A program made the position numbers and the translations under genes. Shown in pieces: positions 28,152 through 37,271 of a stretch of DNA of 64,000 bases. The notes below the pieces were generated by a model, which was not told the origin of the DNA, searched no databases, and worked only from the letters and a program-made list of their open reading frames with translations. Source of the stretch: Candidatus Pacearchaeota archaeon (lineage in GTDB: Archaea; Nanobdellota; Nanobdellia; Pacearchaeales; GW2011-AR1); contig VGKP01000002.1 in the NCBI GenBank assembly GCA_016866975.1, positions 1 to 64,000 on the forward strand. The letters run 5' to 3'. Position 1 is the stretch's first letter, and each line of letters opens with the position of its first letter.

Positions 28152-28316
28152 GACCTTACATGCTCTCTATCGATCCACATATGACATTTTAGATAACTCT
28201 CATCGAATGCTTCTTCTGCACTTTGATTTCTAATTCGATTCATATCATTCGAGCTTTAAAACTGTTTAAAAAACTTTGGTATACATTCTTCCTCTCTTTT
28301 CTTCCAAAGGCGCTTT

Positions 28317-28595
28317 TTATTTACGCAGGGAGAACTTGGTACGCTCAGGTAATTTTGACTGCTGATATTCTTCATCTTTTTCAGGAGAGTTTTCTTCTTC
28401 ATCGATCATGCTCCTCTTCCTGTCCTTATCTATCAAAAGTAATTTTTGTCTTGCCTGTTCAGGATTCATCCTGCAGGCATTTAAGACGCTTAGGATTTTC
28501 TCCATTATCTCTTCATAACTTTCTCGACGGTAAGAGCGCAAGTTTTCGAGGCGTTCCTTCGTCTTTTTTGATATTTTTATTGTTGTGACGTCCAT
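28317..28595 (-). CDS. Ribbon-helix-helix/antitoxin-like protein
   Basis: MDVTTIKISKKTKERLENL...ESYEEIMEKIL pattern; no toxin adjacent. Confidence 0.65.
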   Translation of the reverse strand: MDVTTIKISKKTKERLENLRSYRRESYEEIMEKILSVLNACRMNPEQARQKLLLIDKDRKRSMIDEEENSPEKDEEYQQSKLPERTKFSLRK

Positions 28596-28721
28596 AACTG
28601 TTATACCAAGGTATACTATTTAAGCTTTTTCATCACTCTAAAATGGTCTTGATTATGTTGTCACCATAAAGTTTATATAGGTAGGCAAAATCTTACTTTT
28701 AACTAAATTTATACCTAGACC

Positions 28722-29939
28722 ATGAAGTCCAATAAAATTTTGGTTTCACTTGTCGCAGCATTCACATTGCTTATCGTAATGGCAAGCGGTGTTAATGCTT
28801 TCGCGCAAATTTCGAGTATAGAGGTAAACAACGCTGAAGCAGTCGTTTTCGGCCAAATCAACGTTGCAGCCACTGCTGGCGAGTCATTGCCAGTTCGTGT
28901 ACTCTTTGTAGCTCGTCAAAATGCGTCAGATGTGCGAATAAAAGCTGAACTCTCTTCTAGGGGTAAGGATTACTCTACGGAAACTGAGCGATTCGATGTT
29001 ATTGCTGGTGGAATATATAGCAAGACGTTGAAAGTTCAGATGCCATTGAATCTCAATCCAAGCGAGAAATTGCATCTCAATGTTGAGATCAAGAACTCTG
29101 CATTTGGAACAGCAGATCAGAAGACCATCCCTATCAATGCGCAGCGTGAATCCTATCAATTAGAGATTCTCGATGCAGAAATGGACACCAAGGTAAATGC
29201 AGGAGCAGTACTTCCTATAACTGTTGTTATTAAGAACAGAGGAAGTCACTTTGCAGAAGACACTTTTGTCACTGTAAGAATTCCAGCATTGGGCATCCAA
29301 GAAAGAGCCTACTTTGGAGATCTATCAGCAAGAGACCAAGCAGAACCAGATAAGGAAGATGCAGTTGAGCGAATGCTCTCTGTCCGCATCCCTGATAATG
29401 CAAAGGCTGGCATCTATGCTGTCGAGATAGAAGCTACAAATGATGATTCAACTGTAGCCCTCAGCAAGAGAGTCGCCATCAGCGATAACGGTGGAGAAAG
29501 CATGGTAGTGACTTCCTCAAATAGCAAGACATTTGCTGTTGGAGAAGAATCTACTTATCGCATGACCATCCTAAATTCTGGAAACAAGGCAAGAGTCTAC
29601 ACACTAGCAGTCGAAACACTGAGCGAAAATCTCAATGTAGAATTGGCTGACTCAGTTGTAGTCATCCCAGCAGGAAGCAGCAGGGCCCTAGACATTGATG
29701 TAACTGCATCAAAGGAAGGAGCTTATGCATTTGCCATATCGGTAATTTCCGATGGGAACCTTGTTAAGAAAGAGACATTCGCAGCAAAGGTAGAAGGAAA
29801 GGAAGCTTTTGAAGGAAATGCCACTGTCGTTTTGACAGTGATCCTTGCAATAGTTTTCATTGTTCTTCTTATCGTGCTGATAGTGTTGCTGACAAGAAAA
29901 CCTGAAAAGACCAAAGAATTCGGAGAAAGCTACTACTAA
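28722..29939 (+). CDS. Surface protein with signal peptide, CARDB/Ig-like domains and C-terminal TM anchor
   Basis: Signal peptide; VVIKNRG, ILNSGNK repeats; C-terminus EGNATVVLTVILAIVFIVLLIVLIVLLTRKPEKTKEFGESYY. Confidence 0.75.
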   Translation: MKSNKILVSLVAAFTLLIVMASGVNAFAQISSIEVNNAEAVVFGQINVAATAGESLPVRVLFVARQNASDVRIKAELSSRGKDYSTETERFDVIAGGIYSKTLKVQMPLNLNPSEKLHLNVEIKNSAFGTADQKTIPINAQRESYQLEILDAEMDTKVNAGAVLPITVVIKNRGSHFAEDTFVTVRIPALGIQERAYFGDLSARDQAEPDKEDAVERMLSVRIPDNAKAGIYAVEIEATNDDSTVALSKRVAISDNGGESMVVTSSNSKTFAVGEESTYRMTILNSGNKARVYTLAVETLSENLNVELADSVVVIPAGSSRALDIDVTASKEGAYAFAISVISDGNLVKKETFAAKVEGKEAFEGNATVVLTVILAIVFIVLLIVLIVLLTRKPEKTKEFGESYY

Positions 29940-30065
29940 GCTCAAACTTTATTTTATTTTTTTCTTAACTTAAAGTAGCCCCCGGATATTTTTCGTAAGG
30001 CAATTTGCCTTAGAAATTTTTTATTTTTTACTAATAAATAGCTTTATAAAGCCTGATTTTTATGA

Positions 30066-30398
30066 ATGAATCCAATGAGATATAGTATTTTTAAGGCAGG
30101 AAGTGAAGAAGATAATGGACTCTCGTTCTTAGCAGAGCTGGCGCAGGAAGCATTACTCTCAACTTGTCCTGTCCAGATGAATGATGCAATCACGGCCCTT
30201 AAAAGGTCTTATCACCCAAATGATGAGGTACAATTATGGACAGTAAGGCATTGCCAAGATGGAGTCATATCGGCAGATTTTATACACTACGTTAGCCCTG
30301 ATGAGTGCAAGTCCTATAATGTGCGTCTTGGACAGGTAAGTGATGAATATAGCCATAAGATGGATAGGGCGAGAGTCATTCAGGTAGGGACAATCTAA
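30066..30398 (+). CDS. Orphan hypothetical protein
   Basis: 110 aa ORF with TATA-like tttataaa upstream. Confidence 0.45.
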   Translation: MNPMRYSIFKAGSEEDNGLSFLAELAQEALLSTCPVQMNDAITALKRSYHPNDEVQLWTVRHCQDGVISADFIHYVSPDECKSYNVRLGQVSDEYSHKMDRARVIQVGTI

Positions 30399-30444
30399 CT
30401 AACATTGCAGGAATCCTTAAATAGCTCTTTCTCCACGAAGAAGA

Positions 30445-33438
30445 ATGGTGCATGTCAAGAAGATGGTGATGACGGGTTTTAAGTCATTTGCTAGAAGGAC
30501 AGAGATTATATTTGATAAAGGGATAAATGTCATATTAGGTCCAAACGGCTCTGGAAAGTCTAATGTTGCAGATGCCCTATGTTTTGTCTTAGGCAGGCTA
30601 TCTATAAAATCAATGAGGGCGGCAAAGGCAAGGAATCTTCTGTTCATGGGATCAAAATACATAAAGCCTGCAAAAGAAGCCAGTGTGGAGCTGGTATTTG
30701 ACAATTCTGATAAGGCATTCGCTGTTGCCCAAGAGGAGGTTAATGTCACGAGAGTTGTTCGGCATAACGGACAAAGCATTTATAAGATAAATGGAGAAGC
30801 CAAGACAAGGGCAGAAGTAATCGAACTTCTGGCCCAGGCAGGCATAGATCCATATGGATTCAACCTCATACTTCAAGGGCAAATACAATCAATAGTAAGG
30901 ATGCATGGAGAGGAAAGAAGAAAAATAATAGAAGATGTTGCAGGTATATCTATTTATGAATCTAGGAAGGAAAAATCTCTCCATGAGTTGGCGAAAACAG
31001 AGGAGAAATTAAGGGAAATTTCAACAATCTTAAGAGAGCGCACAGCATATCTCAAGAATCTCGATAGGGAAAGGTCGCAGGCACTGCGTTTCAAGGAACT
31101 AGAATTATCGGTGAGGAAATGTAAGATTTCTATCCTCAATAGGAAAAGCGAAGATAAGCAGAAAGAGATAGACTCATTAGATAAGTCTATTCAGGATAAG
31201 GGAAATCAAAAAGATAAAGTGAAGGAAAAAGCAAACAAGCTCCAAGGAGAGGTAGTAGCGCTTTCAGACGAGATACAACGGATTAATAAGAGTATACAAC
31301 AAGCTACAGGTCTTGAACAAGAGACTCTTCATTCAAATGTAGCAAACTTAAAAGCAGAGCTTGAAGGACTGAGAGTCAGGAGAGAGAATCATGAACACAG
31401 GAAAACCGAGATAGAACGAAGGGTTGAAGAAATAAAGAAGACAATTCCAGACCTTGAAAAGGAGATAAGGGATCTTAGACAAGAATCTCCTCTTCTTGCC
31501 AAGAAAGCTCTGGAATTGAAGAAGAAAAAAGATGAGTTCGCTAGTCTAGAGGAGGAGAGAAGCAAACTTCTGGCCACCAAGACCGAGTTGAATTCGGTCA
31601 AAGAGATTCTTAAGGATAAAGAGAGGCAGCTTGCGAGGGTGATTGTTGAATCTGAGGAAGTCCTAAAGCAACTTGAGATAATTTCTACAAGACTTATTTA
31701 TTCTAGAGAAGATGAGTGTAATAAGGCCATATCTCTATTCAAGCAGAAGATAAACGAGTATGAAAAGGAAATGATAAAGATAAGGGAAGAAATGGTCTCA
31801 CAGGAGAAACTTCTATCCGTTGCAGAGTCAAAAATAGCTCACGCAGAAAGGATAAAACGTCAGGTGGAGAAGATAGACATATGTCCCCTTTGCCAGAATA
31901 AAATAACTGTAAATCATATTGAACACGTTTTCAAAGAATCAGATACCCAGATATCTGAGTCTCAGGAAATTAGAAGAAATTCTCAAGAATTACTGTCTCA
32001 GCTACATTCAAGGATAAAGGAGATCGACCGGGAATTGCGTCAGTCAAAGGATTCTTTACAAAGTGCAGAATTAGAGTTGGGGCGCCACAGAAATATAAAA
32101 GACAAACACGAACAGATTAAGAAAGTTGTTGCTCATGAGAAGTTATTGAAGGAAGAGATTCAGCTCTTAGAGCAGAGAAGGACTGCCTTGGAGAGCAAGA
32201 TTTCTAACCTGGCAACAGTACAGGAGAAATATGACTCAAAGATACTTGAGATTGAAGAAATATCTTCTAGGACAGCAGAAGATGCAGAGACTACTCTACT
32301 ATACAAAGAAAGGGAACTGGAAGGGACACTAAATATAATAAAAAGGAGTGTCAAGGACCATGAGGAGATAGATAAAGACCTTAAGGAAATAATAGAAAGA
32401 GCGAAAAATAAGTCAAAGCTCCTTCAAGATTTTGAGGAAAAGGAAAGACAGCTAAATGAGAGGTTTAAGAAGATGTTCGAAGAGAGGGATGACCTTCAGA
32501 GAGGGTCTCAGGAAAAAGGGATGACTCTTTCAGAATTGCAATCTGAGATGAGACAGATTGATGATCAGATAAACTATTTACGTCTGGGTAAGGCTAGGGC
32601 AGATGCAGAGAAAGAAGCTCTTACTATGGAGATGACAGAATTTGTTGGAGTAGAGATAATTTCTGGAAGCATAGCCTCACTCGAAGAGAGACTGAAGAAA
32701 TCTCAAGAAGCACTGATGCAGATTGGATCTATAAACATGAGGGCTCTCGAGGTATACGATGATGTAAAGAAGGAATACGATATAGTATTCGAGAAAGTTA
32801 CTGTCCTGGAAAAGGAAAAAATTGAGATAATGAAGATTGTAGAGGAAATAGATAGGAAAAAGATACGTGCATTCATGAAGACATACAAGGCTATGAACGA
32901 CTTATTCTCGCAGAACTTCTCCAAGCTATCTTCTAAAGGTGTCGCCTTCCTAGAAATTGAGAATGCGGAAGACATATTCGCTGGTGGTGTAAATATAGTT
33001 GTCAAGCTGGCAAAAGGTAAGTACTTTGATGTAACTTCACTCTCAGGGGGAGAACAGACCCTTGTGGCTCTTTCTTTGCTTTTCGCAATTCAGGAATACA
33101 AGCCATATCACTTCTATATATTTGATGAGATAGATGCAGCATTGGATAAGAGAAATTCTGAGCGTCTGGCAGCATTGCTACATCAATATATGAAAGCAGG
33201 GCAATATATAGTGATCACTCATAACGACTCAATCATTATGAGCTCAAACGTATTATACGGCGTCAGCATGCACGACGGTGTTTCAAAGGTTCTGAGTCTT
33301 AAGATAGATGGTAAAAATTCTCAACAATCTTCTCCTCCTAGTGAAAAAACAGATAGTGAAGAATTAGAGGAAAGAGCCACAATAGAAATCGAGGCAGAAG
33401 CGGCACGAGAACGGGAAGATGATAATATCAAAAGTTAA
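30445..33438 (+). CDS. smc: Chromosome segregation SMC-family ATPase with central CxxC
   Basis: GFKSF, Walker A GPNGSGKSN, Q-loop LILQG, signature LSGGE, Walker B/D-loop FDEIDAALD, H-loop ITHN; long coiled coils; CPLC at aa 480-483. Confidence 0.9.
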   Translation: MVHVKKMVMTGFKSFARRTEIIFDKGINVILGPNGSGKSNVADALCFVLGRLSIKSMRAAKARNLLFMGSKYIKPAKEASVELVFDNSDKAFAVAQEEVNVTRVVRHNGQSIYKINGEAKTRAEVIELLAQAGIDPYGFNLILQGQIQSIVRMHGEERRKIIEDVAGISIYESRKEKSLHELAKTEEKLREISTILRERTAYLKNLDRERSQALRFKELELSVRKCKISILNRKSEDKQKEIDSLDKSIQDKGNQKDKVKEKANKLQGEVVALSDEIQRINKSIQQATGLEQETLHSNVANLKAELEGLRVRRENHEHRKTEIERRVEEIKKTIPDLEKEIRDLRQESPLLAKKALELKKKKDEFASLEEERSKLLATKTELNSVKEILKDKERQLARVIVESEEVLKQLEIISTRLIYSREDECNKAISLFKQKINEYEKEMIKIREEMVSQEKLLSVAESKIAHAERIKRQVEKIDICPLCQNKITVNHIEHVFKESDTQISESQEIRRNSQELLSQLHSRIKEIDRELRQSKDSLQSAELELGRHRNIKDKHEQIKKVVAHEKLLKEEIQLLEQRRTALESKISNLATVQEKYDSKILEIEEISSRTAEDAETTLLYKERELEGTLNIIKRSVKDHEEIDKDLKEIIERAKNKSKLLQDFEEKERQLNERFKKMFEERDDLQRGSQEKGMTLSELQSEMRQIDDQINYLRLGKARADAEKEALTMEMTEFVGVEIISGSIASLEERLKKSQEALMQIGSINMRALEVYDDVKKEYDIVFEKVTVLEKEKIEIMKIVEEIDRKKIRAFMKTYKAMNDLFSQNFSKLSSKGVAFLEIENAEDIFAGGVNIVVKLAKGKYFDVTSLSGGEQTLVALSLLFAIQEYKPYHFYIFDEIDAALDKRNSERLAALLHQYMKAGQYIVITHNDSIIMSSNVLYGVSMHDGVSKVLSLKIDGKNSQQSSPPSEKTDSEELEERATIEIEAEAAREREDDNIKS

Positions 33439-34103
33439 AAGCCTTCCAGAGTCTTTTGTTTGGCATCAGGAAAAATCTGCTTCCAAGTTGCCCAAGTAGT
33501 CCTAAATATTCCAGTATCTTTAAGTCGCTTCCCATGTTTCTTCAGAAAAGCGATTGTATAAGGATCAGATGGATAACCCGAGCCCATATCACCATATTCT
33601 TTTTGCAATTTCTCTATAGCTTCTTCTCGTGCAACTTTAGCTAAAATCGAAGCTGCTGAAACCGAGGGGTAATTTGCATCCGCCTTATGCTCGCAGTATA
33701 TATCCAAATTTTCAGCTTTGGATATATACCCTATCAATGTCGCTTTCCAGGCTCTTGTGTTAGTGGATGGACAGTCAACAATTACTTTTATTTTTTCCTT
33801 TCCAGAATTCAATTTATTTATTATCTCTGCTGTTTTCATTGCCTCAAGAGTATTCAAATTTATTCCGTTATTTAGGGCATGGTCAATCTGGTCAGCAGAT
33901 GTAGAAACAACATGCCATCCTTTGGCAGAATCTTTAATTATATCAGCAAGTTTCATCCTAACCAGATGCGTCAACTTCTTCGAATCAGCAACTCCTTCTT
34001 CCTTAAGAATTCTCTCATCTCTTTCTTCAATAAGCACTCCTGCAAGCATCATCGGGCCAATTAAAGGCCCCCTTCCTGCGTCGTCTATTCCAAGTATTAA
34101 CAT
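33435..34103 (-). CDS. rnhB: Ribonuclease HII
   Basis: LGIDDAGRGPLIGP, DSKKL, KAD..YPSVSAASILAKV, GSGYPSDP. Confidence 0.96.
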   Translation of the reverse strand: MLILGIDDAGRGPLIGPMMLAGVLIEERDERILKEEGVADSKKLTHLVRMKLADIIKDSAKGWHVVSTSADQIDHALNNGINLNTLEAMKTAEIINKLNSGKEKIKVIVDCPSTNTRAWKATLIGYISKAENLDIYCEHKADANYPSVSAASILAKVAREEAIEKLQKEYGDMGSGYPSDPYTIAFLKKHGKRLKDTGIFRTTWATWKQIFPDAKQKTLEGF

Positions 34104-34179
34104 TATTTTGACTAGGACAGAGTGTTTAAATTACTTTGTGCTCCAAAAACTTTATATATAATCGATTAGAAAAACAAAA

Positions 34180-34347
34180 ATGGCGAATGAAGGAATTGAG
34201 AATAAGGTAGGCGGAAATGTCCCAAATTTCGATATACAGGATGAAATAGGCCCTATAGAAATTAGTCTTAGGTTGAAACGTTTGTATAATCTTAGACCAA
34301 AAAAAAGATATTCCACATATTATAAAAAAAGGACATATGGAAATTAA
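34180..34347 (+). CDS. Possible small hypothetical protein (55 aa)
   Basis: ATG about 25 nt after TATA-like tttatata; open to TAA 34347; no motif. Confidence 0.3.
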   Translation: MANEGIENKVGGNVPNFDIQDEIGPIEISLRLKRLYNLRPKKRYSTYYKKRTYGN

Positions 34348-35071
34348 AGCTTCTCAATCGCAGGCAAAATATCCTCAAATTTTGACAAAATCATTAATGG
34401 CTTTCCTTTTTTAAGGCGCCCTTTATCATGAAATCCGAAATCAACAGCAATTGTACGTAAGCCAACCTTACTCGCTTCAAAAATATCCCCCAGAGTATCT
34501 GTTACAAATATGCATTCATCAATCTTTAAATTGTGCTTTGAAAAAAGTATCCTAAATTTCTCTTCTTTAGATTTGTGCGTTTCAAATCCTAGAATTTCGC
34601 TGAATATGTGATTTATGTCAAGGAACTTGACTAAAACTCCAGCTTTTAAGCTGGAGTTGTTCCTTGAGCATCCAAAAAACGAGCGCCTGCATCAAACTGC
34701 GGCTTTTAAGCCGCAGTGGCGCATCGTTTTTTTGATTTTATTGTTCATAAAATAACTCTTAATTATGATTTCTTTATTCGAAGTTATAATATACATTTTA
34801 TATTTTTTGTTTATTTTAGACAGCTCCTCTTTTATTCTTTCCTCAATTTTCAATACCTTGAACTCCTCTTCCTGTAACTTAAAGAATTCATCAATTGGGC
34901 GTAGTTCCTTTGAAAGTAATAAATTGTCATATTCTTTAAATGCATTTCCGTTGAACATGTCCTTATAACTATTTTTAGAAATTGAGGGTTTAATTTTTTA
35001 TATATGCTGTATGCCAGATTAAAAGTGTCATGTATGACGCCATCAAAATCAAAGATAACCGACTTGATCAT
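34344..35071 (-). pseudogene. HAD-family hydrolase pseudogene (frameshift plus element insertion)
   Basis: Motif I FDFDGV; 1-nt frameshift near 34985; YIITSN motif II; the frame resumes (INHIFSEILG...FVTDTLGD...) once the 120-bp element is removed. Confidence 0.9.
34617..34736 (+). mobile_element. 120-bp non-autonomous palindromic element, copy 1 (IS200/IS605-derived MITE/PATE-like)
   Basis: Inserted after TTAT inside the HAD gene; two nested stem-loops with GCTTTTAAGC cores; identical to copy 2. Confidence 0.85.
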
Positions 35072-35077
35072 ATTAAA

Positions 35078-35153
35078 TAGCGCGGGTGGGATTTGAACCG
35101 CACGACCTCGAGGTTATGGGCCTCGCGAGCACTCCAGGCTGCTCTACCGCGCT
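35078..35153 (-). tRNA. tRNA-Met(CAT), probably initiator
   Basis: A1:U72 acceptor AGCGCGG, anticodon arm CGAGG-CCCATAA-CCTCG, TTCAAAT T-loop (one extra nt in T-stem). Confidence 0.88.
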
Positions 35154-35203
35154 GATGATACAGCGGAGCAAGACCTTTTAAAGGTTGCTACCTTTAAAGT
35201 ACG

Positions 35204-35785
35204 ATGAAGAAGAGTCAGAAGAGCAAAAGGGAGAACATCTGGAATATTCCTAATACTCTGACCTTTATCAGGGTAGTAATAACTTTCGCGATTATATACT
35301 TGATTTTTGCAAGATTTAGTCTTGTCACCGTGGCAATATTTTTTATAATAGGTATGCTTACTGATTTTCTAGATGGCCAGATTGCCAGGCGTACAAAGAC
35401 AGTGACTGAGTTTGGAAGGCAATTTGACATGATCGCAGACAGATTTTTGATGACCATGACTGCCATTGCCTTAATTATCGATTTCAGCATACAGGGAGTA
35501 TTGACCAGATCTCACATGTTCCAGGTTTTCCTCATCCTTTCAAGGGAAATTGTCAGTTTTCCTTTCGCCATAGTTGCATTCGTCTGGAGGAAGCCAGTGC
35601 CAGATGCAAGATTTATTGGCAAACTGACCACATTCATGCAAGGCGTGACTCTTCCCGCAATACTCTTGAGTACTAAAAATGAAGTGTTCTCATTTTCATT
35701 ATATCTAGCAATAGCCACATGCATAATAGGTATATTTTCTGCATTAACTTACGTTAAGGACTTACAGAATGAGGGATTATCATAA
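35204..35785 (+). CDS. CDP-alcohol phosphatidyltransferase (PgsA-like)
   Basis: NIPNTLTFIR; signature DFLDGQIARRTKTVTEFGRQFDMIAD. Confidence 0.92.
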   Translation: MKKSQKSKRENIWNIPNTLTFIRVVITFAIIYLIFARFSLVTVAIFFIIGMLTDFLDGQIARRTKTVTEFGRQFDMIADRFLMTMTAIALIIDFSIQGVLTRSHMFQVFLILSREIVSFPFAIVAFVWRKPVPDARFIGKLTTFMQGVTLPAILLSTKNEVFSFSLYLAIATCIIGIFSALTYVKDLQNEGLS

Positions 35786-36081
35786 TGGCAAAAAAGAATC
35801 GTTTCAAGACTATCCAAATTATTGAGAAGGAATTACACGATCACGTCATAGAATGGTTGGCCACATTATTGACACTCATAGGAGCGATTTTGAATGCAGG
35901 ATTGATAAAATTAAGTGTGCTCGACGGCTATACACTCTCATTCTATATTTGGTCAATTTCTAATATTCTTTGGATAACCTTCGCTCTCAAGCACAAACAC
36001 TGGAGTGTTTTCATAACATTTGCAGCACTTCTTTTAGTCAACATACTTTCAATTATTACAAACAAACTTTGGTTATGGTGA
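35785..36081 (+). CDS. Small membrane protein (3 TM, PnuC-like repeat)
   Basis: WLATLLTLIGAILNA...FYIWSISNILWI. Confidence 0.55.
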   Translation: MAKKNRFKTIQIIEKELHDHVIEWLATLLTLIGAILNAGLIKLSVLDGYTLSFYIWSISNILWITFALKHKHWSVFITFAALLLVNILSIITNKLWLW

Positions 36082-36094
36082 TGTTCCCTTAGCA

Positions 36095-36108
36095 AAAACG
36101 TTTAAAAG
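36095..36108 (+). promoter_or_regulatory. BRE/TATA-like promoter of tRNA-Ser
   Basis: aaaaacgTTTAAAAg about 24 nt upstream of the tRNA 5' end. Confidence 0.5.
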
Positions 36109-36131
36109 CATTTGATTCTAACCCCAAGTAT

Positions 36132-36280
36132 GCCCGGATGGCCCAGCGGTTACGGCGCGAGATTGCTACCTAAGGAAACCAATGTTTCCTTGTGGGTCAA
36201 CCTTCTTTAAGGAAGGAAGACGCAAATGGCAAATATCTCGTTTCCGAAAGGATTCCCAGGTTCAAATCCTGGTCCGGGCG
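36132..36280 (+). tRNA. tRNA-Ser(GCT) with 66-nt intron at canonical position 37/38 (36169-36234)
   Basis: GCCCGGA/TCCGGGC acceptor; CGAGA-TTGCTA|intron|A-TCTCG; TTGC/GCAA central helix of a relaxed BHB; variable arm; GGTTCAAATCC. Confidence 0.88.
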
Positions 36281-36388
36281 TATTACCTTCTTGTGATTTT
36301 TGAGAGACTCCGAATCTCTAGAGTTTGCCTATAATTTGTATTACAAAACCCAAACAAGGCTTAATTAAAAATAAGCCTCGGTAATACA

Positions 36389-36652
36389 ATGAAGATAGAT
36401 CCCTACAAACACAAGGAAAGGTACTTAGCCTGGAAAGAAGAAGCCATGAAAGGCATTTCATGCGTTTCTAAGGCTAATTTTGAGATAATAATGAGATTCC
36501 TTACAGATATGGAAGTAGGAGCAAATATAGCGAAAGGAAGCACAAAGGGGGCGAGAAGCTACATCCGCCTTAATACGCTCAGAGGAAAGCTTTGCTTCTT
36601 TGCTAAGAAATTTAACGGGGGCAAGCATGGATTATTATGTCAAGGAACTTGA
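36389..36652 (+). pseudogene. N-terminal fragment of a tyrosine integrase-like gene next to the tRNA
   Basis: MKIDPYKHKERY...FLTDMEVGANIAKGS.KGARSY.RLN resembles N-termini I recall from tRNA-adjacent DPANN integrases; no catalytic domain; ORF runs into the element at 36639. Confidence 0.55.
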
Positions 36653-36758
36653 CTAAAACTCCAGCTTTTAAGCTGGAGTTGTTCCTTGAGCATCCAAAAA
36701 ACGAGCGCCTGCATCAAACTGCGGCTTTTAAGCCGCAGTGGCGCATCGTTTTTTTGAT
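36639..36758 (+). mobile_element. 120-bp palindromic element, copy 2
   Basis: TTAT|GTCAAGG...TTTTTTTGAT; identical to 34617-34736. Confidence 0.88.
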
Positions 36759-36893
36759 TTTATTTTGATCTTGTGTCTGTGTTTTTTCCACCAATTTAGG
36801 ACTAGAATCATTTTGTATATTGATCGAGAATAGGAAAACAGCTAAAATTACAAGTAATAAGCTCAATCCAATAATGTAAAAGGTCTTTTTCAT
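36759..36893 (-). pseudogene. 5' fragment of a membrane-anchored protein gene truncated at the element
   Basis: MKKTFYIIGLSLLLVILAVFLFSINIQNDSSPKLVEKTQTQDQNK, then reads into the element. Confidence 0.55.
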
Positions 36894-37271
36894 AAGAAAT
36901 AGTAAACAATATCTATTATAAACTTGTCGGAATTCAAATATATGTTAATTTCATAATATCTTGCTCAATCTGAGATTATTGTGCCGCAAATTGTGTGATT
37001 ACCTCTAAGTTTGTTGTTTAAAGGATTCGCTGAAAATACTATTAAAGCCGAAATAGTAATAACTAGGTAAAAAGTGTATATACAAGCCAAAGATTTTCAA
37101 TTGTTCAAATTATCTATTTTATTTAGAAATATCTAAAGTAAGGTATATTTTTTATTAGTCAAGAGCTATTACCGTTTTTTAAAGAATCAATATCATTAAG
37201 AAATTATCTTCTGCTATCTATAACATTAAATACTGCTCTTACAAATTCCTCTTTTACACAAAGAGGGAAAT

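Noticed and set aside
29992-30015. ttc-g-taaggca-att-tgcctta-gaa as another bulged-hairpin unit (similar case near 62870-62890)
   Set aside because: The shape is similar but the stem does not match the TCARGRAT consensus; it may be part of a terminator region.
35095-35104. Extra base in the tRNA-Met T-stem as a sign of editing or a pseudogene
   Set aside because: A single-nt bulge could be a sequencing or assembly error; the rest of the tRNA is intact.
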